Part shown: piece after piece, positions 50,045-60,180 of the stretch | How the letters are laid out: each line of letters opens with the position of its first letter | Numbering within the stretch: the stretch's first letter is position 1 | DNA from: an uncultured Clostridia bacterium | GTDB taxonomy: Bacteria; Bacillota; Clostridia; TANB77; CAG-508 | Reading direction: 5' to 3' | Length of the DNA stretch: 64,000 nucleotides | Assembly: GCA_947632605.1 (NCBI GenBank) | Contig: CANRPX010000007.1 | Location: 4,882 to 68,881 of the forward strand | Notes under the pieces: generated by a model | Databases searched by the model: none | What the model saw: the letters and a program-made list of their open reading frames with translations, nothing else | Told to the model about the DNA's origin: nothing | Made by a program: the position numbers and the translations under genes

Positions 50045-51319
50045 ATGTTTTGTAGTGAATGTGGAGCAAAAAATCCAGATGGAGCATCTTTTTGCGATCA
50101 ATGTGGAGCTAAATTAGAAGCAACACAAACAGTAAAAAATGAACCAAAAAAAGAAGAAAAAGCTGAACCAAGAAAACAAATAACAATAACTAAAAAACAA
50201 AAAGCTTTAATAGTATTAGCTGTAGTAGTTGTAGTTGCATTATTTGTTGTATACCAATTTATATCATCACAAACTAGTCCTGCAAAGCTTGTAAGTAAGT
50301 ATATGGATGCTGTTCAAAGCAAAGATTACCATACTTTATATGAGCTAGCTGAATTTTCTGGTGATAATGTTTTTATTACAGAAGATGCTTTTTCTAAAGT
50401 ATTAGAAGAAAACTTAAAAAATCTTTCAATTCAAAATTACACAGTAGGAAAAAATATCAAATATGAGAATGCTGGATTGAAAGTAACAGTACCAGTTAAT
50501 ATTACTGCTACTGATACAACTACTTCTAGTACAAAAGAATTTACAATTGAATTATCAAAATTACCAAATAAAAAATTTGTATTTTTTGATAATTGGAAAT
50601 TAGAAAATATGTCTACTCTTTTAGGATATGATATCGTAACAGATTACAAAATAATTGTACCAAAAAGCACAAAAGTAACTTTTGCAGGAATAACTCTTGA
50701 CGATACATATTTAGATAAAGAAGAAAGTGACAAAAGTAAAGCAACCAATACATATAAAATACCACAAATGTTTAATACAGAAAAAGTTGATGGAGAATTT
50801 GAGGTTTTCGGAAATGTAAAAATAAAAAGAGAAATACCAATATCAACTTATAATAATACATATAGATTAACTATTTCTGAAGAAGATATAAACCTTGAAG
50901 AAGAAGAAAAAATGAAATCTGCTATTAAAGAAAATCTTAATACAGTTATGAATGCATTAATAGCAAAAAAATCTTTTGATGAAGTTCAAGGCAATTTTGC
51001 AGAAGGAGATGTAGATTATTCTTCTAGCACTAGAAAAGTATATGAAAATCAAATTAAATATATGGAAAGATTAAGTTATACAGTAAGTGATTTCAATATT
51101 AAAGATGTTGCAATCTCAAGAGTTAGTGTAGATTCATCAAATTTCAATATATCTGTAAGAATAGAAGTTAGCTATACATGGAAAGCTACTTCAACACAAA
51201 ATGGAACAACTAAAGATGCAGACGATACATCTTATGTAACTTATGATCTAGTTTATAAAGACGGAGCATATAAACCTACTCATTTATCAGAATTTCCATC
51301 TTTATATGTATGGATGTAA
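50045..51319 (+). CDS. N-terminal zinc-ribbon membrane protein, type A (single TM + extracytoplasmic domain), paralog 1
   Basis: Starts MFCSECGAKNPDGASFCDQCGAKL (CxxC ... CxxC). A TM follows at about aa 55-75. Confidence 0.6.
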   Translation: MFCSECGAKNPDGASFCDQCGAKLEATQTVKNEPKKEEKAEPRKQITITKKQKALIVLAVVVVVALFVVYQFISSQTSPAKLVSKYMDAVQSKDYHTLYELAEFSGDNVFITEDAFSKVLEENLKNLSIQNYTVGKNIKYENAGLKVTVPVNITATDTTTSSTKEFTIELSKLPNKKFVFFDNWKLENMSTLLGYDIVTDYKIIVPKSTKVTFAGITLDDTYLDKEESDKSKATNTYKIPQMFNTEKVDGEFEVFGNVKIKREIPISTYNNTYRLTISEEDINLEEEEKMKSAIKENLNTVMNALIAKKSFDEVQGNFAEGDVDYSSSTRKVYENQIKYMERLSYTVSDFNIKDVAISRVSVDSSNFNISVRIEVSYTWKATSTQNGTTKDADDTSYVTYDLVYKDGAYKPTHLSEFPSLYVWM

Positions 51320-51349
51320 CATATATTAAAATATGAAAGGAGTAAAAAA

Positions 51350-52201
51350 ATGGCAAAGTTTTGTTCAAAATGTGGAAGACCATTAGTAGAAGGTGTTCCA
51401 TGTGAATGCGAAAAACAACAACAAGAAGAAGTTGTACAGAATGTACAAGTAGAAAATGAACCAAAAGTAGAAGCAACTCAAGTTAAAACAGAAGTAAATA
51501 ATGAGCAGAAAGTAGAAAAAGAAGAACCATCTGTAGTAGGAATTTTATTTAGTCAATATGTAGATAGTATAAAAGGAATGTTCAAAAGACCAGTTGAAAC
51601 AATAAGAAAACAATCTAAAAATTTTTATTTAGGAATAATTGGAGTAGTTATAACAGCTGTACTATTTGGAATTTTGATGAATGGATATATTAGCAATATT
51701 TTATCAGAGTTTGGTATATCTTTAGCTGTGGTTAATACAGCTGTTTCAGCATTAGCTAAATATGGAATTAATTTAAAAATAGGAAATCTAGGACTTAAAT
51801 TCGGAATAGCAATGTTTGTTGTATCTGCATTAATGGTTGGAATTGTATTTGTTATGACCAACTATGTTTATAAGAAAAAATTAGACATAAAAGATTGTGT
51901 TGCAATTATAGGAGTATGTGAGATTTTCTTAACAGTAGGAATTGTTATTGCTTTTGTTGTTTCTTATTTAAGCATATTATTATCATCTTTATTAATGCTA
52001 TTATTCACTTTAGCATTCTTTATACATATACAAGTAGCATTAACACAAGTAGCAGAATTAACAAAAACTCAAGTAATTTATACTGTTTTTGCAACTATAT
52101 TTATACCATTTATTGCAGTATTATTAATTACATGTGTACTTTCATACGCAGATATTATAATTATGATATACAAAAAAACAGTAGCAAATATTTATAGATA
52201 A
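51350..52201 (+). CDS. N-terminal zinc-ribbon membrane protein, type B (polytopic), paralog 1
   Basis: Starts MAKFCSKCGRPLVEGVPCECEKQ, followed by about 5 TM helices. Confidence 0.6.
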   Translation: MAKFCSKCGRPLVEGVPCECEKQQQEEVVQNVQVENEPKVEATQVKTEVNNEQKVEKEEPSVVGILFSQYVDSIKGMFKRPVETIRKQSKNFYLGIIGVVITAVLFGILMNGYISNILSEFGISLAVVNTAVSALAKYGINLKIGNLGLKFGIAMFVVSALMVGIVFVMTNYVYKKKLDIKDCVAIIGVCEIFLTVGIVIAFVVSYLSILLSSLLMLLFTLAFFIHIQVALTQVAELTKTQVIYTVFATIFIPFIAVLLITCVLSYADIIIMIYKKTVANIYR

Positions 52202-52217
52202 TAGGAGGGAGTAAAAA

Positions 52218-53171
52218 ATGGCAAAGTTTTGTTCAAAATGTGGAAGGCCATTAGTAGAAGGTGTTCCATGTGAATGTGAAAAGCAACAAACAGTTCAAAC
52301 ACAACCAGAAGTTAATCAAGCACAACAGGCACAACAAGCAGTAAATCAAACTGTGAATAATGTAACTCAAGTTGGAAGTAATATATTAGATCAAGTAACA
52401 AAGAATGTTAAAAAAATATTTAAAAAACCAGTAGATACTATAAGAGAAAATGTTGAAGAAAGAAATATGAAAAAACAATGGATATTTTTACTAATAAATG
52501 CTGTTGTTTTTGGTTTAGCATCTTATTTTATAGTTAATAATTTTATAAGTAGTTTTGTGAAAACTGTAAATTCGTTAATGACAACAATTGGTACAATAGC
52601 ATCAGCATTTGGAGAAAGTTTCGATTCATCTGATTTAGCACAATTAAACTTTAAAATACCTTTCTTCCAAGTTTTCATTTCTACAACAGTTGTAATGTTC
52701 TTTTCAAATTTAATTCTAATATTAATGCAAAAATTAATAGTAGGAGTTATTTTTAAAGGAAGAGGAAAAGGAAATGCAAGAAACTTTTTCTTTACAGTAC
52801 ATAGTACTGCTTCAATAATTAATACAGTTTCAATTGCAGTTGCAGCTATACTTTCTTTAATGTCAGCAAGAATTGCATTATTAGTAATATTACTAGGAAT
52901 GGTATTATATTTTGTAGTTGTAACACAAGCATATTTAGACTTAACAGAAATAAAAGAAACTAAAGCACCATTTGCAATACCTTTAGGAATGATTTTAGGA
53001 TATATACTTTCTTGTGTAGCATCAATTATTGTATTAGTTCTTGTTTCAGCTGTTAGCATCTTTCAAACAAATTATTATAATAGTACTGTTAATGATGCTA
53101 TAAATGATATGAATTCTATGAATGATTTATACAATTCAGGATCAAGTTTAACAGATATGCTTAATAAATAA
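52218..53171 (+). CDS. N-terminal zinc-ribbon membrane protein, type B (polytopic), paralog 2
   Basis: The N-terminus MAKFCSKCGRPLVEGVPCECEKQ is identical to the previous gene. Polytopic. Confidence 0.6.
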   Translation: MAKFCSKCGRPLVEGVPCECEKQQTVQTQPEVNQAQQAQQAVNQTVNNVTQVGSNILDQVTKNVKKIFKKPVDTIRENVEERNMKKQWIFLLINAVVFGLASYFIVNNFISSFVKTVNSLMTTIGTIASAFGESFDSSDLAQLNFKIPFFQVFISTTVVMFFSNLILILMQKLIVGVIFKGRGKGNARNFFFTVHSTASIINTVSIAVAAILSLMSARIALLVILLGMVLYFVVVTQAYLDLTEIKETKAPFAIPLGMILGYILSCVASIIVLVLVSAVSIFQTNYYNSTVNDAINDMNSMNDLYNSGSSLTDMLNK

Positions 53172-53203
53172 TTAAGGTATTATTAATAAGGGGTGATATA
53201 AAA

Positions 53204-54895
53204 ATGTTTTGTAGTGAATGCGGAGCAAAGAATCCTGATGATGCAGCTTTTTGTTCAGAATGTGGAAAAAAGTTAGAAAAACCACAAGAAAGTGCATCAG
53301 TTAGTGAAAATAATACAACTCAAAATGTGCAATATCAAAAAGTAGAAGAAGTGCAAAATGTTCAAAACGAGCAAAAAGTTTATACACAAAGTAATCAAAA
53401 TAAAAAAAGTCCTTTTTTAAAAGTAGTAATAGTAATTGTATTGCTAGCAATTTTAGGTGGAGCTATATACTTTGCTTATACAAAGTATTTTAAGGATGGA
53501 AACAATAGCTTTTTAAGTGGAACTACAACAAAAACAGAATGGGGAGATAAATACCTTGTATATTTAAATTCTGCAAAAGCTCAAACAGATAAAAAAGCAA
53601 GAGCGAATGAATATGGAATACCAGAAAATGCAGAAGAACTAAAAATAAAATTTGTTGAAGTTCCAGGATTAACAGATCCAATAATGGTTTTAAATTATGT
53701 TCTAGATGGAAAAGAATATGCATTGATTTATTATATAAATAAAGAAGGAAAAGTAAGTCTTGTTACTTACAATGAGGCAACAAATGTAGAATATTTATAT
53801 AATATAGAAGCAAAAACATATAGTTGGTACATTCATTCAACAAGTGCTGGAACACATAAATATACTTTATTAGAAAAAGCAATAACAGATTTATCAGTAT
53901 TAAATCAAGATACGAATACACAAAATGTAGATTCTACAAATACAACACCAACAACAACTGCAGAAGTAACAGTCGATTATGCATTTACAGAATCTGAAAT
54001 GAGTACAAAATATAATGACACATTTATAAAACCAGAAATAGAAAATTCAAAAGGTACAGACATAGATTTAGATTCTGAAGATGATTTAAAAAATACAGTA
54101 GATTCTGCAATAGATGATTATAAACCATCAGATGAATTATTAAAAGAAGAAGAGAAAAAAGAAGTAGAAGAAAAGGCTAAGGAGATAGAAGAAAAGCCTA
54201 AATATTCAAAAATAGATGAATCAAAAGATATTGTTTATACAGGTGCAACATATAATCATTATTATTTAAGTGCTGCATATCCTGTTATAAATATAAATAC
54301 AGATACTGTAAAAGCAATTAATTCTGAAATATATAAAGAGTATGGATTTCCAAACAATATTGGAAATTCCGATGATGCATATATGGATGCATACGGAGAA
54401 TATTTCTTTGAAACAGGTTTAATAGGATATAAATATTTTGTTAATGATAAAACATTATCTCTTATAGTATCAAGAAGTGGTAATGAATCTATATGGTCAG
54501 ATATTTATAATATAAATCTAAAAACAGGAGAAAAGGTCTCAAATTCTGAATTATTATCAATGAAAAATATAAATAATGATGAAATGCTTACAAAATGCAA
54601 AGAAATTGCTGTGAATGATTTTGATACGACTATAAACACAGAACCAGCTGGTTTACGTTTACAAGGATATAAAGAAAGTGAAATAGATGAATTTAGAAAT
54701 GATTTAATAAATGATCTTATGAATCAAACAAGATTATTTTTAGATGAAAATGGAAAGTTATGTCTTGTAACTGATTATCGACATGCTGGTGGTCAATCAA
54801 ATTGTATACAAACAATAATTATTCACATAGAAGAAAATTATAGATTAGAAAAATTAAATGATTCTAATATTAAAAATTATGCAGCAACAAATTAA
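53204..54895 (+). CDS. N-terminal zinc-ribbon membrane protein, type A, paralog 2
   Basis: Starts MFCSECGAKNPDDAAFCSECGKKLEKPQESASV. Single TM and a large ectodomain. Confidence 0.6.
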   Translation: MFCSECGAKNPDDAAFCSECGKKLEKPQESASVSENNTTQNVQYQKVEEVQNVQNEQKVYTQSNQNKKSPFLKVVIVIVLLAILGGAIYFAYTKYFKDGNNSFLSGTTTKTEWGDKYLVYLNSAKAQTDKKARANEYGIPENAEELKIKFVEVPGLTDPIMVLNYVLDGKEYALIYYINKEGKVSLVTYNEATNVEYLYNIEAKTYSWYIHSTSAGTHKYTLLEKAITDLSVLNQDTNTQNVDSTNTTPTTTAEVTVDYAFTESEMSTKYNDTFIKPEIENSKGTDIDLDSEDDLKNTVDSAIDDYKPSDELLKEEEKKEVEEKAKEIEEKPKYSKIDESKDIVYTGATYNHYYLSAAYPVININTDTVKAINSEIYKEYGFPNNIGNSDDAYMDAYGEYFFETGLIGYKYFVNDKTLSLIVSRSGNESIWSDIYNINLKTGEKVSNSELLSMKNINNDEMLTKCKEIAVNDFDTTINTEPAGLRLQGYKESEIDEFRNDLINDLMNQTRLFLDENGKLCLVTDYRHAGGQSNCIQTIIIHIEENYRLEKLNDSNIKNYAATN

Positions 54896-54910
54896 AAGGA
54901 GAAGTAAAAG

Positions 54911-56605
54911 ATGTTTTGTAGCGAGTGTGGAGCAAAAAATCCTGATGATGCAGCTTTTTGTTCAGAATGTGGAAAGAAGTTAGAAAAGCCACAAGAAAGT
55001 GCATCAGTTACTGAAAATAATACAACTCAAAATGTGCAATACCAAAAAGTAGAAGAGGTGCAAAATGTTAAAAATGAACAAGAAAATGTAAGTAATAATC
55101 ATAAAAAAAGTTCTCAAAAAGTTGTAAAAGTAATTGTATTATTAGTACTTTTAGGAATAATTATATATTTTGCATATTCTAAATATTTTAAAGCAGAAAA
55201 TAATGATAATAGTAGTAGTAATAATAATGCTTCATCTTCTGAAGAAGTTACTGTTAAAACAGATTGGGGAAATAGATATTTTGTTATTTTAAAAAATTCA
55301 ATAGAAAAACCTCAAGATGGTTTTGGTATTCCTTCGAATGCAAAAAATGTAAAAATGAGATTTTTAAAAATTCCAACAATAAAATATCCAATAATGATTA
55401 TAAATTATGTAGCAGATGATATAGAACATTTACAAATATCTTTTATTGATTCAAATAACGAAACAGTAAGTTCAAATTTTAAAGAAAAAAAAGTAAATGT
55501 AGAATATCTATATAATTTAGAAAAAAAGAAATATGATTGGTATATTCATTGGCAACAAGATGATGGACATATATATGGATTAGTAACTGAATATCTTCAT
55601 AATGCATTAAAAGAAGGTGAAAATACAGATTCACAAAATGTAACAAATTCAGAAGCAGCTAATAATACTGTATTTGAAACAACAAGTTATTTTATTAAAA
55701 ATGAAGAATATGCTACTAGATATAATCAATTATTTACTGGACAAGAAACAAATAGTTCAGAGGAAGTAGATATAGATGTAAATGCAACAAAAGAAGAACT
55801 TAGAGATAAAATGAATTCAGCTATTGATTTATATCAATCAGAAAATGAACCTACTGAAAGTAGTAATACAGAAGGTACTAATGATGTAATTCAAGCAGGT
55901 GACTTCACTTTGCAATGTGGAGTTTATGAATTTAAAACTAGTGCATCTGATACATCTGATTATCTACCAACTTCTTATACTATAAATAAAGATGGAACAT
56001 TTTCATATAAAAAAGAATGGAATGATATAACTGGAGCAAAATATGTAGACACAGGAAGTGGTAAATATACAATAAGTTTATCAACTTACAATAAATCGAT
56101 AGGAATAATTTCATTCGATTTTGATAAATATAACAGTACAAATAGTCAATTAAATAATTATGATTTAAATAAATATGATGGTACATATTCAGTTTCAAGT
56201 AATAATAATTTTAATAATGAACAAGAAAATGGAGAATATTATTATAAAGGACCAGCAGAAGAAGACAATACATCACAAGCTACAAGTAATAAAATTTCTT
56301 CAGATGAAGCTGTAAAGATTGTAAATGAAAAAATATTAAATAAAGGAAATAAAAATAATACATCAAGTGATACAGATTTAAATGTTGTAGCAAGTTATGG
56401 TAATAAAATCATTAAAGATGAAGAGGGAACAGAATACTATGTTATAGGACTTTATGTCCAAAATGAAGTTACTACATCTTTTGTACAAATAGATTTTATA
56501 TCAACAGATGGTACGAAGTATAAAGAAGTTTATACACCTACTAATTATACAAATAATCAAGTCGTAACTAAATTCGATAAGAGCGGAAACATAGCAGATT
56601 TATAA
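54911..56605 (+). CDS. N-terminal zinc-ribbon membrane protein, type A, paralog 3
   Basis: The first roughly 55 aa are nearly identical to the previous gene. The ectodomain shares blocks (VEYLYN..K.Y.WYIH). Confidence 0.6.
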   Translation: MFCSECGAKNPDDAAFCSECGKKLEKPQESASVTENNTTQNVQYQKVEEVQNVKNEQENVSNNHKKSSQKVVKVIVLLVLLGIIIYFAYSKYFKAENNDNSSSNNNASSSEEVTVKTDWGNRYFVILKNSIEKPQDGFGIPSNAKNVKMRFLKIPTIKYPIMIINYVADDIEHLQISFIDSNNETVSSNFKEKKVNVEYLYNLEKKKYDWYIHWQQDDGHIYGLVTEYLHNALKEGENTDSQNVTNSEAANNTVFETTSYFIKNEEYATRYNQLFTGQETNSSEEVDIDVNATKEELRDKMNSAIDLYQSENEPTESSNTEGTNDVIQAGDFTLQCGVYEFKTSASDTSDYLPTSYTINKDGTFSYKKEWNDITGAKYVDTGSGKYTISLSTYNKSIGIISFDFDKYNSTNSQLNNYDLNKYDGTYSVSSNNNFNNEQENGEYYYKGPAEEDNTSQATSNKISSDEAVKIVNEKILNKGNKNNTSSDTDLNVVASYGNKIIKDEEGTEYYVIGLYVQNEVTTSFVQIDFISTDGTKYKEVYTPTNYTNNQVVTKFDKSGNIADL

Positions 56606-56612
56606 TAAATAA

Positions 56613-56648
56613 AAAAGAAACCTAAATATTTAGGTTTCTTTTTTGTTT
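56613..56648. terminator. Bidirectional intrinsic terminator (convergent with htrA)
   Basis: Perfect palindrome AAGAAACCTAAATATTTAGGTTTCTT with flanking A-run and T-run. Confidence 0.7.
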
Positions 56649-56654
56649 TAAATT

Positions 56655-57947
56655 TTATCTAAAGAAATCAAATATTGAACCAGAATATTGTTCAGGAACA
56701 GTAGTTGTTTGATTTTCTTGATTTTTAACTTCTTCAGGTTCTTCTGCTAAAACAATTTTAACTTCAATATTTTCATTGTTTCTATATACTGATAATGTAA
56801 CAGTATCTCCAATATTATAAGTATATTTTATTTTGTTTAATTCATTAACAGATTTTACTTCTTTTCCTTCAATTTTTGTAATTATATCTGTTTTTTGTAA
56901 TCCAGCTTTTTCAGCAGGTGAATCTTTTTCTACGTTTTCTACATAAACACCTTCAGGCAAATTGTATCTTTGAGCAGTTGTGCTATCTAAAGAACTACCA
57001 GAAATACCTATATAAGGTCTTTTTACTGTTTTATTCTCTATTAATTGATTTACAACAGAAGTTGTAGAAGAAATAGGTATTGCAAATCCAATTCCTTCAA
57101 TTCCTGTACCAGCAAGCTTTAAAGTGTTAACTCCAATAACTTCTCCATTACTATTTACTAGAGCACCACCACTGTTTCCAGAATTAATTGCAGCATCTGT
57201 TTGAATTGCATAATAAACTGTTCCATCACTTTCAACTTCTCTATTAACTGCACTAACAATACCTTGAGTTACAGAATATTGCATTCCTAAAGGATTACCA
57301 ACAGCCATAACAAATTCACCAACTTTTACATTGTCTGAATTACCTAAAGTGGCAGGGGTTAAATCGCTAGCATCTATTTTTAATACAGCTAAATCTGTAT
57401 AGTCATCTGTTCCAACTATTGTTGCATCGTATGTTTTATCATTATTATAAATATTTATTTTTATTGATGATGCTTGACCAATTTCATAAAATGGTGAATT
57501 AGAACTTTCTGAAGAAACAACATGATTATTTGTTAAGATGTATCCATCTTCAGAAATAATTATTCCAGAACCAGTTGCTTCTGTTGTTGAATTTCCACCA
57601 AAAACAGAGCTTATTGGATAAGTAATTGTTATACCAACAACAGATGGTAAAACTTTTTCTGCAACAGCAATTGATGTGTTAGAAAATTCTGATAAATTAA
57701 CTACATTTGTTTCACCATTTGAAGAACTAGCAGAAGTTATAATATCTTTTGAAAAACCTCCATTCATAAGTTTAGATTTAATTGTTGGCACTCCAAAACA
57801 AGTACCAATTACTAAAGTAGCGCCTAATATTCCTGAAACAAATGGAAGAAAAACTGATTTTCCGAAATTGTTTGAGGAATAACTTTTTATTGAACTTTTT
57901 CTAAAAGTGTTGTCGTTACTATAATCAAAATCATTTTCATTATTCAT
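56655..57947 (-). CDS. htrA: HtrA/DegP family serine protease (trypsin-like + PDZ)
   Basis: N-terminal TM. Catalytic His (TNNHVV), Asp, and Ser (GNSGGALVN). C-terminal PDZ. Confidence 0.85.
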   Translation of the reverse strand: MNNENDFDYSNDNTFRKSSIKSYSSNNFGKSVFLPFVSGILGATLVIGTCFGVPTIKSKLMNGGFSKDIITSASSSNGETNVVNLSEFSNTSIAVAEKVLPSVVGITITYPISSVFGGNSTTEATGSGIIISEDGYILTNNHVVSSESSNSPFYEIGQASSIKINIYNNDKTYDATIVGTDDYTDLAVLKIDASDLTPATLGNSDNVKVGEFVMAVGNPLGMQYSVTQGIVSAVNREVESDGTVYYAIQTDAAINSGNSGGALVNSNGEVIGVNTLKLAGTGIEGIGFAIPISSTTSVVNQLIENKTVKRPYIGISGSSLDSTTAQRYNLPEGVYVENVEKDSPAEKAGLQKTDIITKIEGKEVKSVNELNKIKYTYNIGDTVTLSVYRNNENIEVKIVLAEEPEEVKNQENQTTTVPEQYSGSIFDFFR

Positions 57948-58168
57948 TTTTTTACCTCCGTTTTAACTATAAATAACTAAATATATAATAACTCAAAAAA
58001 TATTCAGTTACAATAGAAATATATGAGAAAAAATTCAATTTTTTTATTGAAATATTTTCTTTATATAGATATAATACCAATATAACATTAAAATAAAATT
58101 AAAATTATAAAAATATTACAATTTATTTTAAAATGATTAATTTACTTAGGGAATAATAAAAATAAGCT

Positions 58169-58801
58169 ATGAAAGAAAAAGAAATAGAAAGATTAAACTT
58201 ATTAAAAGAAGAAGAAAATAAATTATATAAAAAAAATATAAAATTAATTTGTGGAATAGATGAAGCAGGAAGAGGACCTCTTGCAGGACCAGTTGTTGTT
58301 GCAGCTGTTATATTACCAGAAAATTCTTTTATAGAAGGAGTAAATGATTCAAAAAAAGTTTCTGAGAAAAAAAGAGAAGAACTTTATGAAGAAATTACAA
58401 ATGAAGCAATAGCATATAGTGTAGGAATAGTTGATCAGAAAAAAATAGATGAAATAAATATATTAAATGCAACTAAACTTGGATTAAAAATAGCTCTTGA
58501 AGGTTTAAAAGAAAGACCAGAAATTATATTAGTAGATGCTTTAACTAATATAGATACACTCGAAATTCCTTATGTTTCTATAATAAAAGGAGATGCTAAG
58601 AATTATTGCATATCAGCAGCTTCAATAATTGCTAAAGTTACAAGGGACAGAATAATGCGTGAATGGGATGAAGTGTATCCAGTATATGGATTTGCAAAAC
58701 ATAAAGGCTATGGAACAGCAGATCATATAAAAGCTATAAAAGAAAATGGACCATGCATATTACATAGGAGAACATTTATAAAAAATTTTTTAAATAAATA
58801 A
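58169..58801 (+). CDS. rnhB: Ribonuclease HII
   Basis: The active-site motif reads LICGIDEAGRGPLAGPVV. Confidence 0.9.
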   Translation: MKEKEIERLNLLKEEENKLYKKNIKLICGIDEAGRGPLAGPVVVAAVILPENSFIEGVNDSKKVSEKKREELYEEITNEAIAYSVGIVDQKKIDEINILNATKLGLKIALEGLKERPEIILVDALTNIDTLEIPYVSIIKGDAKNYCISAASIIAKVTRDRIMREWDEVYPVYGFAKHKGYGTADHIKAIKENGPCILHRRTFIKNFLNK

Positions 58802-58826
58802 AAATACGAAAGAAAGGAAGAGAAAA

Positions 58827-60131
58827 ATGGATATACAATCTATTATTCGTAGAAAAAGAAACAAACAGGAGCTAACAGATGATGAAATAAAACATTTTGT
58901 TAGCAAATTTACGAGAGGAGAAATTACAGAAGGACAAGCAGCAGCATTGATGAGTTATATCTATACTAATGGGCTTACAGCAGATGAGATTTTATCTTTA
59001 AGTAAAGCAATGGCAGAATCTGGTGATATGATTGACTTATCAGATATAGCAGATAATGTTGTTGATAAGTATTCAACAGGAGGTGTAGGAGATAAAGTAA
59101 CATTACTATTAATGCCAATACTTGCTTCATTAGATATTCCTGTTGCAACAATAGCTAGTAGAGGATATGGAATAACAAGTGCTGTTATTGATAGGTTAGA
59201 TTCTATTCCAGATTTTAAAACAGACTTAACAATAGAAGAATTTAAACATAATTTAAAAACAATTTCTGTTGCTGTTATGGATCAAGGACTAAATTTTGCT
59301 CCAGCTGAAAGAAAAATGTATAAGTTAAGAAATGAAATTGCTTGTGAAAATAGTTTACCAATTATTGCAGCAAGTTTAATGAGTTTAAAATTAGCTACTG
59401 GAAGTAATAAAATAGTTTTTGACATTGCTTGTGGAAGAGGAACATATATTTCTAATAATGAAGAGGCAAAAAGACTTGCAAAATTATTAGTAAAATTAGG
59501 AAAATCTTTAAATAAAGAAGTAGCTTGTATAGTTACAGATATGAATCAACCTTTAGGATATGAAATTGGTCATAACTTAGAAATGAAAGAAGTTATAATG
59601 GCCTTAAGAGGAAATATTTCAGAAGATTTAGGAAATGTTCTTGAAGCTGTTGGAAGTACAATGATTGCTTTAGCAACTGAACATAAAGATTTAGCAGAAA
59701 ATTCTAAAATGATAAAAGAATCAATACAAAGTGGTAAAGCATTTGAGAAATTTAAAGAAATGGTTGCAACTCAAAAAGGAAACACAGAATATATTGATGA
59801 TCCAGAACTACTTAATAAATCTAAATTTATTATGCCAGTTTTAGCTACTGAATCTGGAACTGTTGAATCAATAGATGCAGATATGGTAGGAAGTATTGCA
59901 ACATACTTAGGTGCTGGAAGAATGAAAGAAGAAGATAAAATAAATAGAACAGCTGGAATAACTTTAAAGAAAAAAATTGGTGATACAGTTATGGTTGGTG
60001 AAACTTTAGCTTATATTCACACAGATGATGAGAAAAAAGTAAATAGTACAACTCAAAATTTAAAAGATGCATTCAAAATTACTAATAAAAAAATAAACTT
60101 TAAGTCTAAAATTTTAGAAATAATAAACTAA
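58827..60131 (+). CDS. pdp: Pyrimidine-nucleoside (thymidine) phosphorylase, copy 1
   Basis: Motifs DKYSTGGVGDKVTL and the overall length (434 aa). Confidence 0.85.
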   Translation: MDIQSIIRRKRNKQELTDDEIKHFVSKFTRGEITEGQAAALMSYIYTNGLTADEILSLSKAMAESGDMIDLSDIADNVVDKYSTGGVGDKVTLLLMPILASLDIPVATIASRGYGITSAVIDRLDSIPDFKTDLTIEEFKHNLKTISVAVMDQGLNFAPAERKMYKLRNEIACENSLPIIAASLMSLKLATGSNKIVFDIACGRGTYISNNEEAKRLAKLLVKLGKSLNKEVACIVTDMNQPLGYEIGHNLEMKEVIMALRGNISEDLGNVLEAVGSTMIALATEHKDLAENSKMIKESIQSGKAFEKFKEMVATQKGNTEYIDDPELLNKSKFIMPVLATESGTVESIDADMVGSIATYLGAGRMKEEDKINRTAGITLKKKIGDTVMVGETLAYIHTDDEKKVNSTTQNLKDAFKITNKKINFKSKILEIIN

Positions 60132-60180
60132 AAGTTTATAGGTAAAACTTTAAAACCTAAATAATTTTAGTAGGTAAAGT

